Shown here one piece after another: positions 9,683 through 19,700 of a DNA stretch of 64,000 nucleotides. Numbering within the stretch: the stretch's first letter is position 1; each line of letters opens with the position of its first letter. This DNA is from an uncultured Candidatus Bathyarchaeia archaeon (GTDB lineage Archaea; Thermoproteota; Bathyarchaeia; 40CM-2-53-6; DTDX01). Made by a program: the position numbers and the translations under genes. Location of the stretch: NCBI GenBank assembly GCA_964608455.1, contig CAZSNM010000005.1, forward strand, positions 4,069-68,068. The letters are read 5' to 3'. The notes beneath the pieces were generated by a model. It was given only the letters and a program-made list of their open reading frames with translations, was not told the DNA's origin and ran no database searches.

Positions 9683-10810
9683 ATGCTTAGGCATAAAGAA
9701 TGTAAACTTTGCAGTAAAAAAAGCGAGTTAATCTCAAGCATTCTTAACCTTTGTATTAACTGCATTAAAGAAAAACCTGATGAAACTAAACAATTAATAT
9801 TAGAGGCTCATGAATCAATAAGAGCCTTTTATAATCTACCTCCAGTACCTCCTAAATCATTAGGAGGAATTCAATGCAATTTATGCGCTAATGAATGTAT
9901 AATTGGTGTTGGAGAAAAAGGATATTGCGGTTTAAGAAAAAACTTAAATGGAAAATTAATTTCTTTATCCAGCACTGATAAAGCAGTTTTACATTGGTAT
10001 CCTGACCCTCATGTTACAAATTGTTGTAGCGCTTGGTTTTGTCCAGCTGGGACAGGATCAGGGTACCCAAAATTTGCTTATACTAATGGGCCGGAGATAG
10101 GATATAAAAATTTAGCTATATTCTTTTATGGATGTAATTTTGATTGTTTATTTTGTCAAAATGCTTCCCATAAAGATATAGATGAGGCTTCAACAATTTC
10201 CTTAAATGAATTAACTAAGGTAATTAAAAATGATAAAAAATATTCTTGCATATGTTTTTTCGGCGGCTCACCTGAACCCCAACTCCCATTCGCTATATCA
10301 TTTTCAAAAAAGGTGCTTGAAGAAAATCCAAATAGAATAATTAGAATTTGTTTTGAATGGAATGGATGCGGAAACAAGCTTTTAGTTAAAGAAGCTGCAG
10401 AAATTGCTTTTAAAAGCGGTGGAAACATTAAATTTGATTTAAAATGTTTTAATGAAAATTTAAGTTTGGCTTTAAGCGGAGTTTCAAATAAAAAAGCTTA
10501 TGAAAATTTTGAGTTTATAGCTAATGAATTTTATAATGAAAGAAAAGATTTACCAGTTTTAACAGCTACAACGCTTTTAGTTTCAGGATATGTTGATGAG
10601 GAAGAAGTTAAGAAAATTTCAGAGTTTATTGCAAGTTTAAACCCTGAAATTCCATATTCACTTTTAGTTTTTCATCCAGACTTCATGATGAATGATCTTC
10701 CCATAACCCCAAAAAATCAAGCATTAAACTGTTATAAAATTGCTAAAAGATTTTTAAGAAATGTTTATTTAGGAAATATTCATTTGCTTAGCAATTTAAG
10801 AATTTATTAA
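9683..10810 (+). CDS. radical SAM enzyme, PflA/AmrS-like, with an N-terminal Cys4 extension
   Basis: CNFDCLFC (CxxxCxxC) radical SAM motif. Preceded by IQCNLCANECIIGVGEKGYCGLRKNLNGKL, which is typical of AmmeMemoRadiSam/PFL-activase-like enzymes. There is an extra N-terminal CKLC...CINC segment. Confidence 0.7.
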   Translation: MLRHKECKLCSKKSELISSILNLCINCIKEKPDETKQLILEAHESIRAFYNLPPVPPKSLGGIQCNLCANECIIGVGEKGYCGLRKNLNGKLISLSSTDKAVLHWYPDPHVTNCCSAWFCPAGTGSGYPKFAYTNGPEIGYKNLAIFFYGCNFDCLFCQNASHKDIDEASTISLNELTKVIKNDKKYSCICFFGGSPEPQLPFAISFSKKVLEENPNRIIRICFEWNGCGNKLLVKEAAEIAFKSGGNIKFDLKCFNENLSLALSGVSNKKAYENFEFIANEFYNERKDLPVLTATTLLVSGYVDEEEVKKISEFIASLNPEIPYSLLVFHPDFMMNDLPITPKNQALNCYKIAKRFLRNVYLGNIHLLSNLRIY

Positions 10811-10948
10811 ATTTCTATTGCATAGCTATTTATCATTTATTGTTATCTAGAAGAGAAAGCTTTAAATAGTTTTAAGAATAAAACATAATATTTGATTTTT
10901 CACTGTTAAATTTTAATTAAAATAAAATAGTAATGGAGCGCTTTAATA

Positions 10949-12382
10949 TTGGAGGAAAAAATTCAAACATTCAGGTTAATCTCAAATAATTTTTTCACAA
11001 GAAGCTTGTTAAAAAGTATTTCAAACTATTGCGAAAAAGATGGAAAAAATAGACTGGAAATAGGCTTAGAGCTTTATTCAGGAGTTAGAAAAGAAGCATG
11101 TTTAAAATGCAGGGTTACCGAAAAATTTTTAAATTTAATTTTAAAAATCGGTAGAAAAACATTTAACGTTTCAGAGGAGGAAATGAAAAAAACTTTTGCT
11201 GATGCTTATTGGAGAAGAGGGTTAAGCAGTGTAGTTAAAGGATTAGGTCTTTTCGGTGTTACAAAACCATTTACTCCAGGAGCACCATTTCAAGTTGTTT
11301 GGGAAATAACTAAAGCTTGTAATTTAAGATGTAAACATTGCTCAGCTAATGCTGGAGTTGGACTAGATGAATTAAATACAGAAGAAGCTTTAAAAGCAAT
11401 AGATAAACTTGATAAATTTGGTATAACGATTTTAGCCTTCTCCGGTGGAGAACCATTAATTCGAAAAGATTTTCCTAAACTTGCTAAATATGCAGCTGAT
11501 AAAGGAATATACGTAGCTGTAGCTACAAATGGTACATTAATAACTAAGGAAAAAGCGAAAGAAATGAAGGAAGCTGGAATAGAGTATGTGCAAATCAGCC
11601 TTGATGGAGCAGTTCCAGAAACCCATGATCACTTTAGGGGAGTACAAGGTGCATTTAATAAAACTATTGAAGGAATTAAAAATGTTGTAGCTGAAGATTT
11701 CTTTGTTAACGTTTCAACCACTGTAACTAAATTAAATTATAGGGAAATTCCAAAAATACTAGATTTATGCGAAAAGCTTGGTGTAGATTGGTTTATGGCA
11801 TATAATTTTATTCCAACTGGAAGGGGCATCGATATAGCAGAGTTAGATTTGACGCCGGAAGAAAGAGAAAATCTTTTAAAAATGCTTTATGAAAGAATGC
11901 AAAATTCAAATATAGCTATGCTTTCTACAGCTCCTCAACTTGCTAGAGTTTCTTTAGAAGCTTCCTGCCAAAGCGAAGCATTAGTTTTAAGCCACTTTTA
12001 CTCAGCTAAATCAAGGGAAAAAATTAAGAGTTTAGCTGAATTTATAGGTGGATGCGGTGCAGGAAGATTTTATATAGCTATAAAGCCTAATGGTGATATT
12101 CAACCATGCGTTTTTCTACCATTAAAACTTGGAAACATTAAAAGCGATAATCTGGAAGAATTATGGGTAACATCTAAAGTTTTAAAAGATCTTAGAAATA
12201 AAGATGCTTTAAAAGGACATTGTGGAATATGCGAATATAGATATTATTGTGGTGGATGTAGGGCAAGAGCTTATGGATACTTTAAAGACTATTTAGCACC
12301 TGACCCAGGTTGCATAAATAATAACGAGTATTATGCTATGTTGAAAAAAGAAGTTGAGTTAACTCCTGTTATTCAACGTTAA
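10949..12382 (+). CDS. radical SAM/SPASM domain protein
   Basis: CNLRCKHC radical SAM motif and a C-terminal Cys-rich SPASM-like region (GGCGAGRFYIAIKPNGDIQPCVF ... CGICEYRYYCGGC), plus a ~110-aa N-terminal extension. Confidence 0.7.
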   Translation: MEEKIQTFRLISNNFFTRSLLKSISNYCEKDGKNRLEIGLELYSGVRKEACLKCRVTEKFLNLILKIGRKTFNVSEEEMKKTFADAYWRRGLSSVVKGLGLFGVTKPFTPGAPFQVVWEITKACNLRCKHCSANAGVGLDELNTEEALKAIDKLDKFGITILAFSGGEPLIRKDFPKLAKYAADKGIYVAVATNGTLITKEKAKEMKEAGIEYVQISLDGAVPETHDHFRGVQGAFNKTIEGIKNVVAEDFFVNVSTTVTKLNYREIPKILDLCEKLGVDWFMAYNFIPTGRGIDIAELDLTPEERENLLKMLYERMQNSNIAMLSTAPQLARVSLEASCQSEALVLSHFYSAKSREKIKSLAEFIGGCGAGRFYIAIKPNGDIQPCVFLPLKLGNIKSDNLEELWVTSKVLKDLRNKDALKGHCGICEYRYYCGGCRARAYGYFKDYLAPDPGCINNNEYYAMLKKEVELTPVIQR

Positions 12383-12410
12383 GTTTTTTATTTATTTTTA
12401 AAAGATTTTT

Positions 12411-13982
12411 GTGGAGGGAAAATTATTGGTTGAGATCATACTTACTGCTGATAGAACGTTAATGAGTAATTATCATGGAAAAGAATTTCTTGGTTTTGCT
12501 ACTAGTGCTCCACCAAACATTTTGCCAACCTGGCTTTATAAATTTATGTTTTTCCCTCCAATAAAAAATAAAAATGGTATACCGATTGAGGCTCCTTATG
12601 CGCTTAGAAAAATTGAAGCAAAGCTTCTAGATGAAGGGTTTAACGTGCTTACAGTTGATCCGGATCATTTAAAAAAGTATATTAAAAACGCTAAAGTTCT
12701 ATGTGTTCATGTTATGGATCCCTTTGGTTTAGGACCTTCATCAACAACCTTTGCTAGAATTCTTCGTACAGGTGAGCCTTATCTATCAAAATATTTTAAA
12801 GAATTGCTTACAAAGAATGAGGTTAAAGAAGCTAAGAAGCGAGGTTTAAAGATAATTGTGGGTGGTCCTGGAGTTTGGCAATTTAAATATAGAGTTGAAG
12901 AACAAAAAGCTTATGGAATAGATTGTATAGTTTATGGAGAAGCAGAACGTATTATTAGTAATCTTATAAGAAAAGCTTTAAATGGGGAAGAGTTACCAAG
13001 CTATTTTGAAGTTAACCTTTATGAATTACCAAGTTTAAACGAGATTTCAGAAATTAAAAACCCTTCAATTAATGGTTTAATTGAAGTTGGTCGTGGATGC
13101 CCTAGAGGATGCGATTTTTGCAGCGTAACCCTAAAGCCTTTAAGATGGTACCCGCTTGATAAAATAGAAAAGGAACTTCAAGTAAATGTTAAAGGTGGGT
13201 TAACTTCAGGCATTCTTCATGCTGAAGATGTGCTTCTTTATGGTTCTAAATCTGTTATTCCTGATAGAGAAAAAGTTCTTGAATTACATAAATTAACTAA
13301 AAAATATTTAAAGAATTTTTGTTGGAGCCATGTTAGCATAGCAGCTATAGCAGCTGATCCAAAATTGTTTAAAGAAGTTTCAGAAATAATTATTGATGAA
13401 AATCAAAAATGGTGGGGTGCTCAAATAGGTATAGAAACAGGTTCACCTAGATTAGTTAAATTAACTATGCCAGCTAAAGCTAAGCCTTTTAAACCTGAAG
13501 AGTGGCCTTCTGTTGTAAAGGAAGCGGCAGGTTTAATGAATGATTATGGATTGATACCTGCTTGCACATTGATTACAGGTTTACCTGAAGAAACTGATGA
13601 AGATGTAATTAAAACCATAGAATTAATTGAAGATTTGGATTGGTTTAAAAGTATGATCGTTCCGTTATTTTTTGTTCCCATGGGTAAATTAAAGAATAAA
13701 GATTGGTTTAAATATGAAGATTTAACAGAGTTACAAAAAGAATTGATGGTTAAATGTCTCAGTCATGATATTAAATATGCAAGGGAAATTATGGATTGGT
13801 ATATTAAGGAGAAATGGTATAGCCCTATATTAAGAAGGCTTTATGATTTGTTTATTTGGTTAATAGAGCGTAAAGGGAAAAAAAGCAAAATTTTTGAATA
13901 TCAAAAAGTTTCAGTTTTTCATAAGGAAAGGGAGGAAATTAAAGAGGTTGAAGCTGTTAAAAGAGGCTACTACTATTGCTGA
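12411..13982 (+). CDS. radical SAM enzyme with an N-terminal B12-binding-like domain
   Basis: GCPRGCDFC CxxxCxxC motif preceded by a ~200-aa Rossmann-like N-terminal domain; 523 aa. Confidence 0.65.
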   Translation: MEGKLLVEIILTADRTLMSNYHGKEFLGFATSAPPNILPTWLYKFMFFPPIKNKNGIPIEAPYALRKIEAKLLDEGFNVLTVDPDHLKKYIKNAKVLCVHVMDPFGLGPSSTTFARILRTGEPYLSKYFKELLTKNEVKEAKKRGLKIIVGGPGVWQFKYRVEEQKAYGIDCIVYGEAERIISNLIRKALNGEELPSYFEVNLYELPSLNEISEIKNPSINGLIEVGRGCPRGCDFCSVTLKPLRWYPLDKIEKELQVNVKGGLTSGILHAEDVLLYGSKSVIPDREKVLELHKLTKKYLKNFCWSHVSIAAIAADPKLFKEVSEIIIDENQKWWGAQIGIETGSPRLVKLTMPAKAKPFKPEEWPSVVKEAAGLMNDYGLIPACTLITGLPEETDEDVIKTIELIEDLDWFKSMIVPLFFVPMGKLKNKDWFKYEDLTELQKELMVKCLSHDIKYAREIMDWYIKEKWYSPILRRLYDLFIWLIERKGKKSKIFEYQKVSVFHKEREEIKEVEAVKRGYYYC

Positions 13983-15184
13983 TTAATGATTTCTAAAATT
14001 AAATTTATAGTTGATTCTATTGCATTAAATGAATTTAAAATTTTAAAAAACTCATTTAATTTTTTTTCATTCTTAAAGTTAAGTAAGTTTTCTATTGCAT
14101 TTAATAATGTTTCCTTAGTAAGATTTTCCTGCACAATCATTTTCCCAATTTTTAAATGTTCAATTCGCTCAGCATTTCCATATTGTTCAGCTTGACCAGG
14201 AATTGGAATAGTTATAATTGGTTTTTTATAGGCTAAAGCCTTCATTATTATACCATGACCTGCACGTCCAATAATAACATCAGATGCTTTAAAAAGCTTA
14301 AATTGAGTTTCTTCATCAATCCATTCATATACTTTAACTTTTCCAATTTTCTTTAAGCAAAAATTTCCTTTAGGATTACCTTTAGAAATGATTATTTCAT
14401 ATTTTTCAGGGAAATCCTGAAAAATATCCATAAGCCTTTTTATTAAAAAGATTCTTTCTTTTTTTGGACCGCTAATCGCTGCATAAACAATTATTTTAGA
14501 GTCATTAAGGTTTAACTCTTTTTTAATAACTTTTTCTTCAGGAAGATCATTATATTTAATTGGAATTATAGGACCAATAAATTTTACTTTTTTCTTAAAA
14601 ATTTTTGGAATTATTAAGTTTTTAAATGAAATAGTGTATGGATAAGGTAAATCAGGGATTAAAATTTGATTACTTAAACCCCAAATTCCCTCTATAACAC
14701 TATTTGAAATACTCCATAAAAAATTCATAAAATTAAAAGATATTTTCTCGATTAAGGAATTTTTAAGGTTAGGATTTGCAATATTTATTTTGAATTGATT
14801 TAACATTAAAATGCTTGGTATCTTTAAGGCTTTAGCTATTAAAATTGGTGCCAATCTAGAATCTGAAAAAACTAAATTTGGATGATAACTTTTTATTCTT
14901 TTGAATTCAAAAATTAATTCTTTAAGGGAAAGTTTTATAGTTCGAAAAAAACCTGGATAATGTGCTAAAGATGCTTTATAATCAACCACTCCACTTTCGT
15001 TTGTAACATAGCTCATCTGTATCGTTTTAAAAACTTTATACCCCATTTTTATTAAGTACTCAACAGCTTCAAAACAAGTTGAAAAAACAACATTTACACC
15101 ATGATTTTTTAAGGCTCTAGCTATGGGTTCGCATCTAGTTACATGCCCTAACCCTATTCCGCAAGAGGCTATATAAACCTTCAA
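13973..15184 (-). CDS. GT1-family (MGT/UDP-glycosyltransferase-like) glycosyltransferase
   Basis: N-terminal GIGLGHVTRC and C-terminal GHGIIMKALAYKKPIITIPIPGQAEQYGNAERIE donor-binding motifs. Convergent with the radical SAM gene at 12411 and overlapping it by 10 nt. Confidence 0.7.
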   Translation of the reverse strand: MKVYIASCGIGLGHVTRCEPIARALKNHGVNVVFSTCFEAVEYLIKMGYKVFKTIQMSYVTNESGVVDYKASLAHYPGFFRTIKLSLKELIFEFKRIKSYHPNLVFSDSRLAPILIAKALKIPSILMLNQFKINIANPNLKNSLIEKISFNFMNFLWSISNSVIEGIWGLSNQILIPDLPYPYTISFKNLIIPKIFKKKVKFIGPIIPIKYNDLPEEKVIKKELNLNDSKIIVYAAISGPKKERIFLIKRLMDIFQDFPEKYEIIISKGNPKGNFCLKKIGKVKVYEWIDEETQFKLFKASDVIIGRAGHGIIMKALAYKKPIITIPIPGQAEQYGNAERIEHLKIGKMIVQENLTKETLLNAIENLLNFKNEKKLNEFFKILNSFNAIESTINLILEIINQQ

Positions 15185-15463
15185 AAAAAGTACCCCTCTT
15201 TTAAATTTGCAAATTTAAAATATATTCAACCTTTTCTTTTTTTAGAAAATAAAAAAGCTAAAAATAAAGCTAGTGTTGGAAAATAAAAAATGCAAATTTC
15301 AAATTCTAAAGCAAATATTTGAATGAAGAAAAGTTTTGAGATAAGTGAAATGAATGAAATAACAACCATAATTAAAAAAGAGAAGAAAATATTATTATTT
15401 TTCATAAAAATTCATGAGAAATCAAGTTAAAAAAAGAAAAACCTAAATAGGTTTTAATTTGAG

Positions 15464-15748
15464 TTAATCCTCTTCAGATTCTAAAAGAAGTTTCAAAGGA
15501 ATGTTCTGGCTTGTTCCATCTGGAAGCTGACGTCTAATGCTTATGGGTAAAATGCCTTCTTTCAATTCTAAAAGAGCTATTTCAATTGGAGATTTAACAC
15601 TTGGAGGTACATCTATTAATACAGGTGCTCCCATAGCTATTTGCATTGCTCGAGCCCCGACAATCCTAGTTTTTTCAAAGCGGGTAAGCTTTTTAGGACC
15701 GATCAGCGTAGTCTCTATAGAGTTAAGTTTCTCCGAGTTCTTCACCAC
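15464..15748 (-). CDS. rpoK: DNA-directed RNA polymerase subunit K (RpoK/Rpb6)
   Basis: [25 protein letters not shown] matches the RpoK/omega signature; 94 aa. Confidence 0.8.
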   Translation of the reverse strand: MVKNSEKLNSIETTLIGPKKLTRFEKTRIVGARAMQIAMGAPVLIDVPPSVKSPIEIALLELKEGILPISIRRQLPDGTSQNIPLKLLLESEED

Positions 15749-17402
15749 TCTCTTCTGGCCCCTTTGATGGCCCTTTTTCTTCTTTAGTTTTAGAAGCTGC
15801 TATTACATCATCTATTCTTAATATCATTGTTGCAGCTTCGCTTGCAGATTTAATAACTTGCATTTTAACAGCTAATGGTTCATAAACATCAAGTTTACTC
15901 ATATCAGCAACTTTACCCGAGAATACATCTACTCCAGCCCATTTTTCTCCTTTATCATGTTTAGCTCTTAACTCTGTAATTATATCTATTGGATCTAAAC
16001 CAGCATTTTCAGCTAAGGTCATTGGTATGCTCTCTAAAGCTTCAGCAAAAGCTAAAACAGCTAACTGTTCTTTTCCAGCTAGCTTCTCAGCATATTGCCT
16101 TAACCTTCTAGCGACTTCAGCTTCAGGTGCTCCACCGCCAGCTACTACTCTTGGGTCTCTAACAACATCTCTAACAACGCATAAGGCGTCATGAATGGCT
16201 CTTTCAGCTTCATTAACTATTCTTTCTGCACCTCCACGAACTAAAATAGTAACAGACTTAGGGTTTTTGCATCCTTCCACAAAAGTCATTTTATCATCTG
16301 CAACTTTTCTTTCTTCAACAAGTTTAGCAAAACCTAGATCATTTGGAGTTAAATCATCAAGGTTTGTTATTATCTTTCCTCCTGTAGCTTTAGCCAGTTT
16401 TTCCATATCAGATTCTTTAGCTCTTCTGACGGCTAAAATTCCTTTTTTAGCTAGGAAGTGTTGAGCCATATCATCGATTCCTTTTTGGCAAATAACAACG
16501 TCAGCTCCAGCTTTAGCAATTTTTTCAACCATTTCTTGAAGCATTCTTTCTTCTTCTTTAAGAAAAGCATCCATTTGCTCAGGTGTTTCTATGTTTATTT
16601 TAGCGTCCATTTCTGTTTTTTCTATTTCTAAAGGACAATTAAGCAAAGCTATTTTAGCGTTTTCTATTCTTTTAGGCATGCCTGGATGAACAACTTCCTT
16701 ATCAAGTACAACTCCTTTAACTAGCTTTGTATCCATTAGGGATTCTCCAGCTTTTTTTTCAACTTTCACATCGTCAATATCAACTTTATAACCTTCCAGA
16801 GTTTTTTCAGCCACCTGAAGAATAGCATCAACAGTTAAATCCGCTATATAATCTTTATATTCTGAAAGCAGTTTACTAGCTACAGCTACTTTAGCAACTT
16901 TCTTTAAAAATTCTTTATCACTTGGTTCCACTTTAATAGCTATTTCTTCAAGAGCTTTAAGAGCTTCTTCAGAAGCGGCTCTATAACCATCAACGATTAC
17001 AGTTGGATGAACATCTTTATCAATAAGCTCCTCAGCTTTAGTAAGGAGTTCTCCAGCTAATACTACGGCGGTTGTTGTTCCATCTCCTACTTCATCATCT
17101 TGTGTTTTAGCTACTTCAACCATCATTTTAGCTGCTGGATGTTGAACATCAATCTCATCAAGAATAGTAGCCCCATCATTAGTAATAGTAACATCACCAA
17201 AGCTGTCAACAAGCATTTTATCCATTCCCTTTGGTCCTAGGGAGCTTTTTACAGTTTCAGCGATAATTCTAGCAGCAGTAATATTTGCATGTTGAGCTTC
17301 TCTTCCTCTAGATCGGGTAGTACCTTCTTTTAATATCAAAATCGGAGTTCCAGCAAGTTCTGGAGTGGATTCGACTGCCATACCATAAAACCCCCTTTTC
17401 AA
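15723..17402 (-). CDS. ths: thermosome subunit (group II chaperonin)
   Basis: 559 aa with GPKGMDKML, the [12 protein letters not shown]-binding motif and a GDGTTT loop. Confidence 0.95.
   Translation of the reverse strand: MKRGFYGMAVESTPELAGTPILILKEGTTRSRGREAQHANITAARIIAETVKSSLGPKGMDKMLVDSFGDVTITNDGATILDEIDVQHPAAKMMVEVAKTQDDEVGDGTTTAVVLAGELLTKAEELIDKDVHPTVIVDGYRAASEEALKALEEIAIKVEPSDKEFLKKVAKVAVASKLLSEYKDYIADLTVDAILQVAEKTLEGYKVDIDDVKVEKKAGESLMDTKLVKGVVLDKEVVHPGMPKRIENAKIALLNCPLEIEKTEMDAKINIETPEQMDAFLKEEERMLQEMVEKIAKAGADVVICQKGIDDMAQHFLAKKGILAVRRAKESDMEKLAKATGGKIITNLDDLTPNDLGFAKLVEERKVADDKMTFVEGCKNPKSVTILVRGGAERIVNEAERAIHDALCVVRDVVRDPRVVAGGGAPEAEVARRLRQYAEKLAGKEQLAVLAFAEALESIPMTLAENAGLDPIDIITELRAKHDKGEKWAGVDVFSGKVADMSKLDVYEPLAVKMQVIKSASEAATMILRIDDVIAASKTKEEKGPSKGPEESGEELGET
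16641..17228. repeat. 588-bp tract, identical apart from a single mismatch, to 61282-61869 in inverted orientation
   Basis: Direct nucleotide comparison of the reverse complement with the second thermosome gene: identical including synonymous sites, flanked by diverged sequence. Confidence 0.85.
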
Positions 17403-17799
17403 AATTTTATAGCATAAATTAAAATTCCGTAGACATATTAATGCAAAATATAAATGATAATATAAATTTTTCTCTTTACAACATCACTATAAAGCTTTAG
17501 TTTATTAATTTATTTGCTTTAAAGTGGGATTTTAAAATTCCTACAACTTTATTATGTTAAGTACTTATAAAAGCAATGGGATGCTTTCATAAATTGGATG
17601 TGGCCCAGGACTGGGCTTAACAGTCTATTTTAAGGCTTTAAATGCTGATAAAATTAGCCTAAGTATTAAGCTCACAATTCATAAAACTCAATAATATTTG
17701 ATTGTTAATTAAATATTGAAAGCTTTCTTTTTAATTGAAAAAAGAAATTTAGGCACTAGAATTTCTAGTGCCTAAGATATTTGTTTATTTTTGAAGTAA

Positions 17800-18021
17800 T
17801 TAAGATGTAGATTTGGCAAATTTAGTTATTTTAGAACCACATACTGGACATGTAGCTCTAAGCAAAATTCTTCCTTTGCTTGTTGTTTCTTTTTGTACAG
17901 CATTATCATCTACAGATACCTTTTTCCTGCATTTAACACAAAACATTTCCATTTTTCTATTCAACCTCCTTTTATCATAGAAAACTAACACATTATTTTT
18001 ATTAGCAGATAATAGTTCCAT
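17800..18021 (-). CDS. small zinc-ribbon protein
   Basis: 73 aa with CVKC ... CPVCG. Confidence 0.4.
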   Translation of the reverse strand: MELLSANKNNVLVFYDKRRLNRKMEMFCVKCRKKVSVDDNAVQKETTSKGRILLRATCPVCGSKITKFAKSTS

Positions 18022-18215
18022 ATTATAAGCTTTATAAATATTTAAAATTGACTTTTTCTTGTTAAAAAACAGCTTTACTTCATAAATTTTTTATTTGTAT
18101 TTATTCATACGTTTATAAATAGTTAAAAGTATTAGTATAACGTTACGTATATTATTTACTTTAATAGAAAAGTTTAAATACTTTAACGTTTAAAATAAAA
18201 ATATGTGAGTGGAGC

Positions 18216-18674
18216 TTGAAAATAAGAATAACCCTTCATAGAAGTTATGGAGATATAGAAATTGAAGGTGAAACCTTCGAGGAGGTAATAGAAAATCTTA
18301 AAGGTTTCCCAGAATGGCTTGAAGTTATCGATAGCATGATAGCTGCAAGCTCCAGCGTAAGTGAAAAAGAAATTCTTAAAGGGATAATTCAAAATACGCC
18401 TGATGGTCCCTTAATAACTGTTTCTAGAGAAAAATTAACTGATAGAGAAGCTGTAGGGTTGCTTCTTTATGCTATGGAACCTAATGGATTAAAACCTAAA
18501 GAATTAAGTCGATTATTAAATTTAAGCGGTTTTCTTTCAGTAGGTTTTGCCAGCAGACTCAGCGAATTAAAGCGAGAAGGTCTAGCCTATAAAGAAGGTG
18601 AAGTATATAGATTAACTGTTTCTGGAAAAAAATGGATAGAAAAGTTAATTTCCTCATTTAAACCAGGAGGTTAA
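18216..18674 (+). CDS. wHTH protein, paralog 1 of 3 (unknown family)
   Basis: 152 aa with a C-terminal winged helix (SRLSELKREGLAYKEGEVYRLTVSG). Shares architecture with the two ORFs that follow. Confidence 0.55.
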   Translation: MKIRITLHRSYGDIEIEGETFEEVIENLKGFPEWLEVIDSMIAASSSVSEKEILKGIIQNTPDGPLITVSREKLTDREAVGLLLYAMEPNGLKPKELSRLLNLSGFLSVGFASRLSELKREGLAYKEGEVYRLTVSGKKWIEKLISSFKPGG

Positions 18675-18677
18675 TCT

Positions 18678-19175
18678 TTGAGCGAAGAAAAAAAGATAGA
18701 GGTTTATTTAAAGCATAAAGATTTCGAAAAGAAAATTGTAGGAGAAGTTGATGAAGTTTTAAGAGAGCTTATCTCATTTTTAACAGAAATTTATCCTAAA
18801 ATGGAGTTGGCTTCAAAACTCTCATTAACAGTTGATGCTAATGATTTAATAAATGCATGTCAAGGAATAATTGCTGTGACGCCAGAAGGAGTTGTAACAT
18901 TAGTTGATGTTGAAACATTACCAGATAAAGAATTAATTTTATTTCATTTAGTAAAAGCAAAAATCAGCAGGTTGCTTAATAAATCTGAAAAGGAAAGCCT
19001 GCTTATTAGCGATATCCTTTCCTCAACAAAACATAGTGTTGGAAGCGTTGCAGGTAGATTAAGCGAATTATGTTCTGAAGGTTTCGTGGAACGAGTAGGA
19101 AAGGGCGAGTATAGAATAACAACTTATGGTTTAGATTATTTTTTAAAAAATGTCGTTCCAAAATTGAAGGGGTGA
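18678..19175 (+). CDS. wHTH protein, paralog 2 of 3
   Basis: 165 aa with GRLSELCSEGFVERVGKGEYRITTYG. Its start lies 4 nt after the paralog-1 stop. Confidence 0.55.
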   Translation: MSEEKKIEVYLKHKDFEKKIVGEVDEVLRELISFLTEIYPKMELASKLSLTVDANDLINACQGIIAVTPEGVVTLVDVETLPDKELILFHLVKAKISRLLNKSEKESLLISDILSSTKHSVGSVAGRLSELCSEGFVERVGKGEYRITTYGLDYFLKNVVPKLKG

Positions 19176-19181
19176 AAAAAT

Positions 19182-19700
19182 ATGAGTGCTAATGAAGAAA
19201 AAAAAGTTAGAGTTCAAATAGAATATAATGGATTAAAACATAGTGTAGAGGGTTCAGTTGAAGAAGCAATAAAAGAAGTGGTAAATTTTCTTTCTAAGGT
19301 ATGTCCCACATACGATGTAGCTTCAAAAATTATTTATGCGCCAAATTATATAGAAATTTTAAATGATCTTTCAGAAATAGTTAATTTAACTCCAAATGGG
19401 GAACTAATACTTTTAAAGCAAATACCTTCAACAGATGAAGCTATAGGAGTGCTTCTTTTAGCTGTTGAAGTGGCTTATAAACTTGGAAAAAGAAAAACAA
19501 ACGCTTTAAGCGCCGAAGAGTTAACAAAAATTCTTGGCAAAGCTGAAAAAACCATTAGAAACACTATAGCTGAAATGATTAAAGCAGGGTTAATTGAAAG
19601 AATTGAAAAAGGAACATATCATATTACAATCGTTGGTGTAAAAGAAGTAAGTGAATTTATAAAAATGCTTAAAGAAACTTCGGAAGATAAACAAAAATGA
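19182..19700 (+). CDS. wHTH protein, paralog 3 of 3
   Basis: 172 aa with NTIAEMIKAGLIERIEKGTYHITIVG. Its stop overlaps the next start (ATGA). Confidence 0.55.
   Translation: MSANEEKKVRVQIEYNGLKHSVEGSVEEAIKEVVNFLSKVCPTYDVASKIIYAPNYIEILNDLSEIVNLTPNGELILLKQIPSTDEAIGVLLLAVEVAYKLGKRKTNALSAEELTKILGKAEKTIRNTIAEMIKAGLIERIEKGTYHITIVGVKEVSEFIKMLKETSEDKQK

Noticed and set aside
15230-15405. Possible ~58-aa minus-strand membrane micro-ORF (MKNNNIFFSFLIMVV...)
   Set aside because: Lies in an A/T-homopolymer-rich intergenic region; coding signal indistinguishable from composition bias.
16195-16464. Antisense ORFs inside the thermosome genes (16195-16464 +, 62046-62243 -, 62346-62528 -, 61171-61410 -)
   Set aside because: Shadow ORFs on the opposite strand of strongly supported chaperonin genes; low-complexity Ser/Leu-rich translations.
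16641-17228. Thermosome identical tract as pure assembly artefact
   Set aside because: Sharp boundaries at both ends within otherwise diverged paralogs match known gene conversion in archaeal chaperonins. Cannot be excluded without reads, so retained as a finding.
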